Assembly: GCA_001179505.1 (NCBI GenBank) | Contig: CDMY01000405.1 | Location: 124,001 to 188,000 of the forward strand | Direction of reading: 5' to 3' | Origin: Vitrella brassicaformis CCMP3155 | Taxonomy: Eukaryota; Protista; Chromerida | Length of the DNA stretch: 64,000 bases | In this document: piece after piece, positions 37,290 to 51,413 of the stretch | Numbering within the stretch: the stretch's first letter is position 1 | Layout: each line of letters starts with the position of its first letter | Notes under the pieces: model-generated | What the model was told of the DNA's origin: nothing | What the model saw: the letters and a program-made list of their open reading frames with translations, nothing else | The model's database searches: none | Program-made: the position numbers and the translations under genes

Positions 37290-38577
37290 TCACGCAGCCG
37301 TGGCCGCCTGTGTCTCAGTCTCAACAATGGGCAGCTCGTCCGCCTCTTCCTCGTCCCCCACCGTGGCCGTCTGCTGTTGTTTGCCGCCCTTGGCCTGTGC
37401 CTGCATCCTCGCCGTCGCCTGATCCGGCGCCACGTTGACCACCACCGTTGCCATGATGGTCTCGTACACCTTCACCTCGGCCGTCGCCGTGCCGTACTCG
37501 ACGATCTGCAACCATAGATGCGATTGACAGGCAGGAACCCATTGATCGATCATATAGTAGAGGAGGACAAGAGTCATCTTCGTGTGGGGTGCGTCGGTAC
37601 GCACCTCTTTAGAGAGCTTCACGTCTTCTGGAACAACTCCAAACCCCAGCTCTGAGAGGCCCTCTGCGACGTCCTTGGGACTTACAGAGCCGAAAAAGGC
37701 CAATCCTCGTGGGTCAGCCCTGTGTTGTGGTCAATGACATGGCAGAGGCGTGTCGGCGGTAGAGCTGAGAGCATGGCTGCCCTCCCTTGACTGACTCCTG
37801 TGACGTACCTGTTGGGATTTCTGATGACGACAACGCTCGTTCCCTGCATGGACGCCTTGGTCTCCTTGGCCTCCTTCAGACGCTCCTTACTGCAGCGCAG
37901 TGAACGACACACCATGTATAGCACACAGCACAGCACACATGCATGTCAGTACAGCCAGCCAGTCAGCCAGACCCCCTTCCTTGTCATGTCCTTGTGTCGG
38001 AGTGTGCCTACCGTACCGTATTGCCTCTTCCTTCTGCAGCTTCGACTCAAATGAGACGATGTCATTGGGGGTCGCCTGACGGGCACGCTTGAGCGGCAGG
38101 AGGCTGTTGAAGGCGTACGCCGCCTTGACCGTCACCACGTCACCCGGCTCGCCCAGCGGCACAATGCGCTGCACCCAACAGGGGAGGGAGGGGGGTGGAC
38201 ACAGACAGCAGATATCAGACATGAGACACACTGGCGCACTCTGTCGCATCAACAGAGTGCATGATTCGCTTCGTGCGCTCCTGTCTGCCTCTCTTGCACC
38301 GCATAGCCATATGTGCCGCGGTAGGGTGCCCCGTTCTCACCTCGAGCAGCGTCACTTGCCATCGATCACTCTTGCGGCCGGCGCGAGCCTTCATGGTCAG
38401 CAGATTCGCCCCTCTGGTGGCCCGCTGCGCCCCATGTGACCGCCTCGGGTGCCTGAAGGCCGTCCTGGTTGGCAGAGGGGAGAGATCACCGCTCCGGCGT
38501 GGGTGAAAAACAAAGGCATCGGCTGCGGCAGCAAATAGTGACGCAATGCTGACCGTCACCAATGGCATAGCCTTCAT
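37290..38577 (-). CDS. rpl9: Plastid-targeted 50S ribosomal protein L9 (bL9c)
   Basis: Leader MKAMPLVTVSIASLFAAAADA-FVF plus an Arg/Ser-rich transit peptide. N-domain WQVTLLE/RIVPLGEPGDVVTVKAAYAFNSLLP; C-domain FFGSVSPKDVAEGL...IVEYGTATAEVKV. Five exons. Confidence 0.85.
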
Positions 38578-39076
38578 CCTGCCGTTCCCTCTTTTCAGCG
38601 TCCTACCTGCGAGCTATTGTTTGAGCTTGCCTTGTGTTGGCCTTTTTGAGCTGTTGCGTGCATTTGAGAGCGTACCTGGTTCCACACGCAGCCTGTATAC
38701 CGCCTGGCACTGTACATGAAGCGCAGTTCTTTGAAGCCTCGCTGCTGTAAGTGATACATGAAGACGACGTGCACACAGATACCAACTGCCTGTGGCTCGC
38801 CCGCTCACACGTGGCTGACTGTGCTCTCTCTGTGCTTCACAGGTTGACGAATGTCCTTCCTTTTCTGCGAGAGTGAAACAAGCAAATGCCACACGGATTG
38901 AGCAGCTTGGGAGCATCGGCAGCATGACGGTGCTCACTTGACCATCGGCATCACCGCAGGACGCTCGTTCATCGTTCACAGCGTCATACTCGCTTCACGA
39001 CCACAGCTTCACCCACCTCCCGGCCTGACGGCATTCGGCCACTCATTTTTGTCAGTGGTGGGAGCGGCATCGAGAC

Positions 39077-42000
39077 ATGGCTGCCGAGTGCGACATCGAG
39101 GCGCCCGTCGACGAGACCGAGGAGATGGAGCGCATCGACGAAGACGAGGGCGACAGGCGTGAGCCTGTAGTCAGGAGGGCCCGACGCACCCCCAGCGACA
39201 ATGGGGAGCCTGACGAGGCGGAGATTGAGGCCCAGGTCGATCGCGAGAGGACCAACCGAGTGCGGAAGAAGGCGGCGGGCAAGAAGGCCGGCAAGAAAGG
39301 CAAGAGGGGGATGCACCTGCAGAAGAACGACAAACAAGCCAAGGCCTTGCTGCTCGTCGAGGAGCTCAGGGAGAGCGCCGAGCGACGACGGGCCGCGCGG
39401 GCGCCCCGGTCTCGGCCAGGCTACTTCCGGTTGTCGTCGGATCCGGTGCTGCTTCCTGATGTGAGTCCAGCCGTCCACAGACTGGACCGCAGTGTGTCGG
39501 CTCCCCAGGCCGCCACCCATCCCATCCCCCATCCCCTACCCCTCCCAGCCTTCTCACTATCGTCCCTGGCCTTCGCACATGTCATGAGCGAGCAGCTCCA
39601 AGTGCCCCAGCCGCCACAGCCCAGCATGAGGTCATCCATCGACAACGGTGCGTCGCCCTCGCCCATCAATGGCGAGGAGGAAATCGCCGAGGAGGAGAAG
39701 AGCCCCGAGCGGAGCCCAGAGGCGCCAGAGGCGTCCCCTTCTGACATTGGGACGGTCCGTCGGGCGGTATTTGACTTGGGCATGGGGTGGGGCGAGGGTG
39801 ACGAGGAGGCAGAGGACAAGGGCGTCGAGTGGATCCCTGTGGACGAGGAGCATCACGCGCAGCTGGTGCAGACGGCATTCAGCAACGCCAAGCGGCAGTA
39901 CTGCGGCTTCATCCAGCACGTCGCGCGGGTCCGGCGGGCGACGGTCGTGCCATATGCCAACCTCATGCGCCGGCCCAACTCGAGTGCCGTCCCGTCACGA
40001 GACGAGAGCGGCCGCTCGCAGCCCCAGAAAAGCCCCTCGTATGGCGAGCCGAGCCCGTTCGACATGGCCATGGGCATGGAGCAGCAGGATGACAGTCAGC
40101 AGGCGAGCAGGGACAGGGACGAGCCGGACCCCTTCTTCGGCAAGGTCCTGCCCCGCAAGCCCAAGAACAGGGAGGTGGAGGTGTACCTCAGGCGGTCAGA
40201 TCTCCCACCGGCCTGGCAAGAGGTGCTCTCGGCCAAGGCCTTCCAGGGCAGACCCGGCCAGTTGCGGGTTGTCTTCTATTCGACCGAGCCCTCACCGCCA
40301 CCTGCAGAGGGCAGCGGCACCGTCAATGGAGAGGGCAGCAAGGGGGAGGGCCAACCACAGCCGGCAGGGCAAGAGGAGCAGGGCGACAAGGCGAGCGAGA
40401 GTGTCACCGAGCGGTATCTGAAGCACGCCACCATCGAGAATGCCATGGATCTGCTCTTCCCCAAACAGCAGCCGCCACCACCGCCCCCCTCGTCAGCAGC
40501 TGAAGGCCTCGAGCGTGATGGTGATGCGTACGTGTTGCGGCTTCCCTATGAGTCCATCTTGCACATCGGCATGGGGCACGTCGACCCTGACGATGACGAC
40601 GAGGAGGAAGGGGACAAGAACGACGACGACACATGCCTGCGGCGCGTCTCTCACAAGGACATGGCCGCCTTCGGCCGCACCGCCATGCAAAACGACCCCG
40701 ACCCGCTGCGCAAGGGACGCCTCGCCGGCATGTCGGTCAATGACGTCTATGTCCTGATCCTGCGGCCCGACACCCGCGAGGAGCTGGAGAGGCGGCTGCA
40801 GCTGAAGCTGGTGCTGGAGATGGGGGACCTGTGGCGCTTCATGAAGCTGCGCAAGGAGACTGAGGAGAGGGAGGAAGAGGAGAGGAGAAGGAGAGAGGAG
40901 GAGATGGCGGTCGCCTCACATGCGGCACGCAAGGACCACGACGCTTCCATGCGCGACAGGTCTGACCGGTCGGAGGGTGGCTCGGAGCCACGCGCCCGCA
41001 AGAGGTCCAAGCGGCGAGACAGGAAGGCGTCCCTGCCACCGGATGACGAGATGATGGGTGTGCAGCCCGACCAGCACCCCTACACGGTGCCTGACGACAT
41101 GGCCCACCAGGCTGACGGCATTGAGTTCTCTTACGCCGACATGAACGGGACCGACGAGTACGAGCCGTCGGCGCGTCGCGAGAGGAAGGCTTCCCCCAAA
41201 GAGAACAAGCGCCGGCGAGCATCGCAGAAGCGCAAGCTGACTGAGTCGGCCACGTGGGACCTCCCCAAGATGCCCAACGACCTGCTGCCCGGCGAGCTGC
41301 CCATGAAGCGGCTGCCTGGCGAAGACCACCCCCACCCCAGCCAGGCGCCACTGCGGCCCTCACCCAGCGGTTCGTCACAGGGGTCTTTCCAGCAGCCACA
41401 GCAGAAGAGAAAGAAGAGGGGGGCAGGTCGGCCCCCGAAGAAGCGCAGCAACGACGAGGAGGCGCAATCGCACCCATCTGCAGCGGCGAGGGAGGCGGGG
41501 ATCAGCAAGGAGGTTTTCAACCGCCTGAATGCCATGACGGACGAGGAGCTGAGCGAGGCCATGGAGACCGTAGACACGCTCTGGCGCGTGTTCCAATTCT
41601 ACGCCAAGCGACAGCGCGACCTGCACCGGGTGTTCGACGGCATGGCCAAGCTCTCGCGATACAGACACAAGCAGTGGGAAAGGTCAGAACCGCCACACGT
41701 CACACACGCAGAGCAGAGCAGAGTGACCCGCTCAAGATTTGTTCATGTGTGTGCCGTTCGTTGCATGTCTGTCTGTATCTCTGTCAGGTATGTGGAGGAG
41801 CAGGAGTTGAAGCGGCAGGAGAGAGGCGACGAGTTCGAGTGGGGTGTGCTGCCCGCCCTGTCAGAGGCCCTCCCGTCCCAGCTCGTCCCCCTGCCCCGCG
41901 GCTTCCTCGTCGGCAGCCCCGACGAGGCATTCGACTTCAAGAAGGAGTTCGAGGAGAAGATGAAGGGAGGCGCTGTCGCACCACTCACCGCCAGACGGGG

Positions 42001-45000
42001 ACCATTCGCAGGCCCGGCAGGTGCAGCCTACTCGCCCATGCGGCCGGCAGTCCCTCTGCTGCCCGCCATACCAAACCCCCCACCTGTCCCCGACCAGGCC
42101 ATCGCCCAAGAGGGCCCCGACGCATCGCCGCCCAACCTGTCGCTGCCTGGGGCTGTTGTCCCTGTGGCCGAGCCGTCATCCAACGCCAAGCAGATCGCCG
42201 AGATCCCCCAGCCGACGGTCAACAGAGACGAGGCGATGGAAGATGCTCCTCGTGGCGGCGAGCAGGCGTCCCCCGGCAAGAGGCCCATTATCAAACGAGA
42301 GGATGGCGAGAGATCTGATGGCGATTTGGAGGAGGGTGAGCTGCGGGAGTGGGTGAGGAAGCGGGACACCATCGCATCCATCGAGCCGAGGATTCAGTCG
42401 AGCGATGAGGAGATGCCGGCCGCCGCTCCCGCGCCGCCGCCACCACCACCACCAGAGCTGCCGGCCATCGCCACTGTCCAACAGCCACAGACAGAGGAGC
42501 CCGCTGCACCATCACCTCCTGGTGGCGCGGAAGCGGCTGAGGTCGAGCCGCCCAAGACGAAAGAAGAGCCGCCACCCGACGAGCAGCACGGTGCGACGAG
42601 ATGCACAGTCAACAGCCATGCACGCACCCATTGAATGACTGTGAATGCGTCTGTCTGTCTGTCTGTCTATGTTGTCGTGGTCCCACAGGTGATGTTGCGG
42701 CGCCTCAACAGGATGACAGTGGTCCAGTCGAGACGGAGGCTAGGTCAGCTGCGGAAAAGGAGGATGAACGGGCTGCCATGGCAGCCAACATCCTCATGAC
42801 ACTCAGGGCCGGGCGATTGGACGAGCCTCTCCCGGCTTCCGACGAGCCATCCCCCCTACCACCCCAGCCACCACCCCAATCACCACCCCAGCCACCGCCC
42901 CAGCCACCACCAGCGACTTCAGCGGCGCCCCCACCAGCAGTGGCGCCAGTGGCACCAGCAGCCAAGCCGGAGGAGGAGGAGCCCGAGGCGGTGGCCAACT
43001 CGTCAGACGAAGAGGAGGAGGGCGTGACCAGGATCTCGCGTTTCAACCTGTCTATCACCCACAAGCCGCCGCCCATCGACGAGCACAAGTCATCCGAGGA
43101 CAAGGGCCGGGGCTATATGGTCTTCTCGGGCAACGTTCTGGGGCCTTCCGACAAGTGGGAGCACACCCGCATCAAGCACCTGCCCTACGACGCCTTCAGG
43201 ATGAACAACGTCTGCGAGATTAAAGTCACATGCGAGGCCCAGAAGGTCGGTGCGGTGGGGGCGGGGCGACACGACGTGTGAGGGAGGGACAAGTGGGGGC
43301 ACTCACTCTGTCTGCGCCTGTGTGTGTGGCGTGTGTGGTCAGGTTGAGGATCCATTGCGGGATGAGCGTCAGCGGCAGCAGAACTCGGTGTGGACGTTCA
43401 GGGAGATCGAGGCCTTCATGCAACGCTTCATGCAGCACCCCAAGAACTTCAGGCGGATCGCGCAGGCCATCGAATCCAAAACCACCAGAGACTGCGTGGT
43501 GAGCACCGACAGACAACACACACCACCACATGCACCCACCGCCGTCTGATCATCCATCCACTGTGTGCGGTGTGTCAACCAACACAGGAGTTCTACTACC
43601 TGCACAAGTACAAGTACGGGTTGAAGCAGTACTGTGCCGACCACACCCACATCGCCCTGCACCGCCCCGGGCAGGCAGCAGCCAAGGACCGCGACGCCCA
43701 GCTGCCGCAGCCCCTCCCCTCCGATGTGAGTGTGGCCAACGAGGCCAACGAGCCGGCGGAGAAGGAAGGGTCCGACCAGGCTGAGAGCCTCGCTGGGTCA
43801 GCCACGGGGGCAGGCGAGCAGCCAAACAGGAACGTTGTCAAGCACCAGAGGCATCGGGAGCTGAGAGAAACGGTCATCGATGAGGTAGGGCGGGCGGGCG
43901 GGCGGGCAGGAAGGAACAACACATCAATGAACGGGACACAAGAGTGCATGATGGTATGTATGTGTCTGTGTCAGATTCGCGGCAAGCTGACCAACTTGGC
44001 TCTCTCTCTCGGCATGGACGCACCAGAGTTTCGTGGTGGTGACGACAACGAAGGCTCCGAGACTGAGGAGCCGCCCCGTGCCCCCGCACCCCTCATCGAC
44101 ATCCCTTCCGACGGCGAGGACGAGCGGGCCATGCGGGGCTACATGAAGGGCGTCAGTATGGGGTACGTCTCCGACTACCTCCTGCTGCAGGCCTCAAGGA
44201 AGACCAACAAAGAGCATTACGACCAGCTGCACAAGAAGAGACAGGAGGAGAGAGAGGCGGCCGAGAAGGAGAAGGCGGCGAAAAAGGCCGAGCCCAACGC
44301 CCCGCAAGCGCCGAACGCAGACGACGATCAGCAGGCGACGGCGCGGCAGCTGGCGGTGGACACCGAGTACGACACGCTCAAGAATGGCTACATCCTGCCC
44401 TGCTTACCCAACATGAAGGACGCCGTGTCCTTCCACGTCGGCCCCTCCCTCCAGGTGCTGGGCTACGTCTTCGATTGCGACGGCAACGCCTACCCCCTCG
44501 AGCATCCCAAATCCAAGACAGCCATCGGAGAGTTCCCATTCATCCCACCACCACCACCGCCACCGCCACCTCCCCCCGCCAGAGCATCGCCAGTCGTCAA
44601 GGCCGAGAGCAACCCTGAGAGCGAGAGCAGCGGGCAGGCAGTGGAGGTGCGCTCACGCCCGATTCAGCCCGACAGGATGGGGGCCATGTCTCCCGACCGT
44701 GAGCGACGTAAGCGCGCCGCCCGCCCTGGTGTGGCCAGGAAGGGTGACGACGCGGACCATCCGGGTGACAGGATGGTGGTCAGGGACCGCCCCGAGCAGC
44801 CTCCCCGCAGCCCCACGCAGCGCAAGAAGAAGCCGGTGGTGCATCCGGACTACTTCACGGCCACTTACAGCGACAGCGAGGCCGACGAGAGGGACGAGGA
44901 GGAGCGGCAGCTGATCAAGGAGCTGAGGTCGCCCGGCATCCCACCACAGGCACCTGCGGCTGCTGCTGCTGCTGCAACTGGTGGTGGTGGTGCATCAGCT

Positions 45001-48000
45001 GACCATGGAGGGCTGCAATCCGCTTTCCCATCGCTGCGTCAGACGGACATCGGTGGTGACGGCGGTGAGGCCAAGAGGCGCAGGGTGGGCCCTATGCCAT
45101 GGGGCGGCAGCGACAATCGTGACCAGGTGCCTCCGCAGTTCCCGCCCCCCGACCGGCCCGACACAGAGCGGCACTCGCTACGGGATGGCGACTCGCACCC
45201 ATCGACTTCACCCTACCCCAAGGAAGGCCCGCCGACTCCCGTCAGCCCGCCGCCCAAGATGCACATCGACCCGAAGCTCATCAGGCGTATGAAGGAGAAG
45301 CCGAAGACGGTAGGAGACAAGGGGCCACTCACCACCAGCAGCAAGGAGGGCATCCGGGTGCCGCTGCAGGCCCCTCGGCCTCCTCAGATGGGTGGTGCCA
45401 GGGGGCCGGTGCCCACGGGCTTCCCCGTCACCCGTCCAGGCACACTGGGCACTGTGCCTGTGCGCCCACCGACATTCCCCATGCAGTCAAGGCCTCCTGC
45501 ACTGTCCATCGTCCACAGCCGGAAGCCGCAGTCGCCGTCGCCCCCACACCACTCAGAGAGAGGCAGCCGCCCCCTACGCCAACCGCCGCCAGCACGCAAG
45601 AGGGACCGCGTCGACCTCGATCAACGTCCTGAGGGAGGAGGGCAGCAGGAGATGGCAGAGGTGGGCCCCCCGACGGCCCCCGACACGTCGCCCATTCGGT
45701 CGCCCTCGCGGAAGAAGCTGCGGGACGAGATGCACGGCATGGGGTCGGGCTACCCGCCATCATCAGCCCCGTTTGTGCCGAGAGTGTACCATCACGGGCC
45801 TCCGGCGGCCCCTCCGTCTCGTCCGTCATTGCTGGCTTCGATAGAGGGTGTGCCAGGGAGGGGCGAGAGCTGCCCACCGATGGCACGGAGGGAGGGAGAG
45901 GGGGAGGATCATCACATGGGCAGAGACGAGGGCCAGCCGGCTGCGGCTGGCCCTGCTGCTGCTGCTGCTGAAGCGGACCGGGAGAAGGCCCGGGACGACA
46001 GCCACCTTGTTGCCAAGGCAGCGTCGAGCATGCAGCCACGCGCCAAGGCCCTGGCCCGCCCCAGTTCAGTGACCGCAAGCAGCCGTGCGCAGCAGCCTGG
46101 ATCGCAGCCATCGGCACCACCACAGGCTCCAATACACCCTCACTCATTCTACCCCATCTACCCTGGTCAAGGCGCCGCCACGCCCGGCAGCCCCGACGCA
46201 GCGAGGCATCCACCTGCCCCTATGTATGCCGTCGGACCACCCATCCCACCAGCCAGCGGCTCCCCTTCGGCGCATCAACAAGCCCTTCAGTCCATCGCTG
46301 CTGCCCGCGGGACACCAGCCGCAGCCGCCAGCCCTTCCCATCCGCCCATGCGTCCTCCTCCTCCCGACGCATCAGGGATGTCTCGTCAGCTGTCGATTGG
46401 CGGGTCGCCCACTCACACGAGTCTGTCCCATCACGTCTTACCGCATGGGCAGCTGGCGGCCGTGGCTGCACAGCAAGGCGGAGGCGGTGCTCGTCGGTTC
46501 TTTCCGCAGTTTGTGCAGCGTCAGTCGAGCGACCCGGGGCAGCAGGCAAGCGGGGATGCCTCAGGGGCCACCGGAGTGCGAGCGGCGTCTTATGGAATGC
46601 CTGCGATGGTCATTCAGGCCGGGAGAGCGGCAGCTCCTCCTCTCACTCTCAACAGGACCGATGACGGTGGAACAGCTGCCGCTGCAGCTGCTGCAGCAGG
46701 TAAGCAAAAGCCGCGAGAGAAGAGTGTTGTCTTCTCGCTGAACGCTGTTGCTGTCTTTCTTGTCAACTGTCTGTCAGGTCCAGCAGGTGATGTCGAAGAG
46801 TCGAAGGTCAGCCACCCGATCCCGCCTCCACATGGCCATCAGAGCCCTCCGAGCTACTCGCCAAGCATGGCGTCTATCCCTCGGGGTGTCCACCCGCCCG
46901 GCCCCGGCCCGTTCACGCTCTGGCACTCACACGGGAGGGGGCCTGCCCCAGGTGGTCACCCGTCACAGCGGCCCAACGCCTCCCCTCTGGTCTACAACGC
47001 GCAGCCGTTCCACGGAGGCCGCCTGGTGGCGTCAGGCATACCCAGCGTGTCATTTGCTCCGGCCTCGATACACGTACGTCGTGTCGTACCCACTTCCCAT
47101 CCCATCCACACACACGCGAGTCGAGTGCACCTTTCTTTCTCACATATGTGTCTGTCTGACTTGTCCTTCCACGTCATTCATTGTTTCAGACTGGTGGGCA
47201 TGGTGGCCACCTTGGGCCCCCGGCGTACTCGAACTCATTCGCTACCACTTCCCCGCCGCCGCACCCGGGCATGCCGACATCAGGCACAGTGCCCTACAGG
47301 CCACCACCCACGCCATCGATGGCGCCCTTGCCGCCTCAGACACAGGTGGCACCGAGCCAGCCGAAGCCAGCCAAAGGCGACAAGCCAGCGCCGGCCAGCC
47401 GGGCCAAGGGCAAGGCGCGGAGCAGCAATCGCCAAATGGTGAGGTCAGGAGGAGGGCGTGGACGCGGTCCAGCAGCAGCAGCAGCAGCAGCAGGAGCTGG
47501 AGATCAGGCGAGGCCGCCGACGGCACATCCGATTCAGCTCTCGCCGGACATGGACCGTCGCGTGCCTCCGCTGAGCAGCCCTTTGGGTCTCCCTGACCAT
47601 GGCGATGCCACAGGTGACAAGGCGCACGAAAGCAATGTGGTTCTACCGTCCCCTGCGGGCGGGATTGTGTCGTCATCTCCGCCTGGCGAGCGAGTCGATG
47701 AGGAACAGGGCAACGGGGCGGCAATGGTGAGCACTCACTGCACCGATAGCTATAATCACATTCATTCACCTTTATGTATGTGTATCTATCTGGCCTCTCT
47801 CTCGTTTTCTTTGCGTCTACCTACCTCTTCAGGGTGCCAAGGCTCTGCCAGCCGCCATGAGTCCGTCCGCCGGGGGTCTGCCAATGTTCCAACAGCAGCA
47901 GCAGCGAGCTCTTCCCTATTCTTCGCACCAACGGCCTCCATCGCAGCCAGCCGGTCTTGCCGAGCCGGTCGAGAGCCATCCCATCGAACAGCCGCCAGAT

Positions 48001-48444
48001 TATGCCGCCCTCAACGGAGGAGCATCGCAGCAGCAGCAGCAGCAGCAGCAGCCAATGGATGTGGTGCACCATCCTCCTCCTGCCACTCTGCAACCGATGG
48101 AGGGTTGCCCAGCAGCAGCAGCAGTAGCAGAGGCCCGTGGTGCGTCTCCAAGGCTTCTCACAGGACCGAGCGCCAATCTGCAGTCGGCCTTGACGTCCAT
48201 TGCAGCAATCGCATCCCCGCAGAGTGCACCGGTGACGGAGTCTCATCCGATCCAACCTGATGTCACTGGATCAACTGCTGCCAGTGGTGGTGCTGGTGTG
48301 GATGATGAGGGTCGGGGCGTCAGCGGTGACCACCCTGTCCAGCATGTGATTGACAAGGTTGCTGATGGCCATCAGCAGCAGCACGAGAGAGAGATGGGGG
48401 AGGGGGAGAGAAGTGGTCAGGACTGGTCGACAGGCACTGGTTAA
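39077..48444 (+). CDS. Very large, mostly low-complexity nuclear protein with an N-CoR/SMRT/Snt1-type SANT domain
   Basis: Spliced segment DPLRDERQRQQNSVWTFREIEAFMQRFMQHPKNFRRIAQAIESKTTRDCV/EFYYLHKYK (43343-43620). Basic NLS-like clusters, long Pro/Ala/Gln tracts, several GT-AG introns, stop at 48444. Confidence 0.75.
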
Positions 48445-49822
48445 GTGAGTGGTTGACTTGAGAGAGACACTGAAGGCGCCTGGCCTGCAGGGGCGCAGAG
48501 AGACCGACGGATCGATGTCCAGAGGATGGGAACGTTCGGTCGTTCGTTTGTTTGATTGTCCTGTTGGTGTACTGGTGGTTTGTTTGTGTTGGGTTGGTGC
48601 ACCTGTCTGTCTACCTTACCAGACGTCGCTCTCAGTGGCGTGTGTAGCAGTAAAGGGTTTTGGGTGTCTGTCTCTACTGTACGGATGCACTCACAGTGCT
48701 GTTATCGGCTATACTTTAATAAGCAAGATGGAGTGATGGATGGATGGATGGAAGGATGGATGGACACATACACACATGATGTTTGTTGTGGGCGGGCCGC
48801 TGCGTGCGTGTTGCTGGGGCCCGGCCTGCCTACTGCCTGGATCGTGTCCTGTGGGTGCTGCGGTGGGGTGCGCGATGATGGTACAGTCCAGCCGGAGAGA
48901 CAGAGGACAAGTGCAGTGCGTGCAGTCATGTATTGCATTGTAGATGCACTCGTGGATCGACACACGTGCGAGCGACATGCGCACGGTGAATGAGAACTTG
49001 TGTCGTGAAACCAAGACGGACAACATCAGTATTCAACTTCTTGAATGAAGAGTGAATGGATCCCATGAGTCCACACGTCACCGCGTCAGGTGTTCCCATG
49101 CACACAGAAAAATGCCCCCACTCACTCACAGATAGACAGACAGGCAGGCGAAGGTCTCCTCCCAGCCACCCACTCACTACACTGCACCTTGCCGGTCTAC
49201 ACCTCTCCTGTCTGTCGCGTTGTTTCATCACTTCATCAAGTACAGATCCGCAGGCACCGACCGACCGATGCCTTGGAATCTCATACTGGATGAGGCCATG
49301 GTTACGGCACGACAAACAACAGACCAGGGCAAGTATGTCATCAGCAACAATTGCTATGGCTCGATCGTTCAGAGGCTGACCTGTCACAGCCGTCCGCAAG
49401 CTGGGGGACATGCTATGCTCATGTAGCATGTCCTCTCGCCGGCGTGTGGATGCGAGAGGTCAGCGTCTGACCGCACGGCACATCTGGTGCGACATGACGA
49501 CAGTACACAAGACGCGACAGAACGTGTGAGCGCTAGTTGGGTCGAAAACAGCATCCCAAAACTGCGGCACACGCAATACACAGTCACACCCACGCACCCA
49601 CCGGTGTGGAGCCGCACTCACTCTCATCTCGACCGACTGACTGACGGCACTCTGTGCATCCTATCCTGCCTGCCTCAGTCAGTGTCACACAAAACTCGCT
49701 CGCTGCACACATAACATACACACACAAGGCCAGTCACACGCGGCTGTACACAAGGCAGTACTCCTCACACGCACACACACGCATCACATACACACACATG
49801 CGTCACGCCATCCCGCCATCCA

Positions 49823-49992
49823 TCACCGCCCAAAAAGCCCAGCGAAAAAACCGAAGGGGGCAGCAGCAGCGCCGGCATCAGAGGAGGACGATTCGCGTGC
49901 CGCAGACGATGATGAGGACCGCCTCCTCCGCCGCACCTTCATCTCAGGCTCCTTGACGAAAATCTGCTCCTTGAAGAAGTTCTTATTGGTTC

Positions 49993-50026
<34 letters not shown>

Positions 50027-50876
50027 CCACAGCGACGCATGGCATGAATGCGTCGGTCCCCACAATGCACCCACAGTGTTTTGCAGCTTACCTGCTGCCC
50101 TGTTGAAGAGCTGAGTGCGCACGTAGTCCTCGCACTGGGTGGCTGTCTTGCCGGGGACCCTCTCGGCGATTTGGTCCCAGTACAAGAATGCGCCGGACGG
50201 CACCTCTCGGCGTGCGGTCTCGAGGGCGATGATCTGGTTCTTCTCCCACGTAACCTCCTCAATGGCTACCTTGTCCCTGTGAGTAAGACACAGCAGCGCG
50301 GTGCGGTGCACCAAGAGCGTGCTCTCTGTGCATCAACCGGTTGTGAGTCAGTCGGGCTCCCTCCCTCACCTGTAGCCGCGGACCCGTGAGGCGCCTATCC
50401 TGCCACCGTTCAGCTTTGCAGCCTCGTAGGCATTCACTCTGTCCACTGCAGGGCCGTACCATGACGTCGCACCCACCTGGAGACAAGACAGACGCACCAT
50501 GTGAGCGAGCTGCATGTGTGTGATGTGACTGATGTCGGCTGATCAGATCTATCAGATCTCATCTCACCTTGACTGGCCTTCGCCGCCTTGTGCCCTCATC
50601 TGCGTCGTCGCTCGAGCGCGCCCTCGCCCTCGCACGCGGCATGACGATCGCCTCGTCCGGGCTGGCTGACTGCTGATCTTCCGTCCTGTCCTTCTTGCCG
50701 AAGTTGAACAGATGCAACTGCGTCATTGATGGTTGTGGTGCATCGGCAGGGCGGTACAGGGACGGGACGTGGGAGTGCAGGAGAGATGCACAGGGAGATG
50801 AGTGAGGCACAACGAAAGAGAGAGATGAGCGAAGGAGAAGGAAAGCTGGCAGAATAATGCTGAACAAGAGAGCCAT
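49823..50876 (-). CDS. SANT/Myb-like domain protein with bipartite plastid-targeting leader
   Basis: MALLFSIILPAFLLLRSSLS-FVVP plus a Ser/His/Pro-rich transit-like peptide. Exon ~50278-50091 encodes VTWEKNQIIALETARREVPSGAFLYWDQIAERVPGKTATQCEDYV. Four exons with matching phases. Confidence 0.7.
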
Positions 50877-51413
50877 TGTTGCGGTGTGAGATGGGTGTGT
50901 TCCTCTTCGACTGCCTTCTCCACTAGTCAGCATGCAAGCTCGCACTGGTCGTCGAGACTGGGGGCCTGGGGGCTGCTTTGCGCGCTTTTTGTCCACTTCC
51001 TCCTTCCCCCTGAAGCCCCTGCTGCTTCGAAGCCCCTGCTGCTGGTACTGCTGGTGCTGTTGGCTGTTGTGAGCTCCGGTCCGGGAGTCTTTCAGCCACA
51101 CACAAGCCTTATCAGCAGGTCTCTCCCTCCTTTGAGGGACCGCAGCTCCATAAGCGAGAGTGACCCTGCTGTGGCCCTGAACCTAGTCGTCAGACTGCCA
51201 CGGGCCTCTGCAGCAAGCGTCACAGGTAAACACCGTAGCCATGCATAGGGGTGAGAAACGCCCTGTGCTGTTGTCAGGCGAGCGTCGTCGTCAAAGGGTG
51301 GCAATACGCCGGTGAGCCATTCGCAGATGAGGCCTGATGTCGGCATTTCACCGCTTGAAGTGTCCTTTCTGTTTGTATGTCAGCTAGGGGTGGTTCCAGA
51401 AGAACAGCTGCAA

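Noticed and set aside
43390-47442. 1350-aa ORF as a single-exon protein
   Set aside because: It starts in the wrong frame for the SANT domain and reads through several obvious microsatellite introns. It is part of the spliced 39077-48444 gene.
48900-49650. Possible small gene between the two convergent SANT genes (e.g. minus-strand FWDAVFDPTSAHTF, vaguely WW-like)
   Set aside because: I could not build a consistent spliced frame. More likely overlapping 3' UTR or intergenic sequence.
39077-50876. Functional link between the two convergent SANT-domain genes
   Set aside because: Different SANT subtypes and different predicted compartments, with no shared sequence. Adjacency is most simply coincidence.
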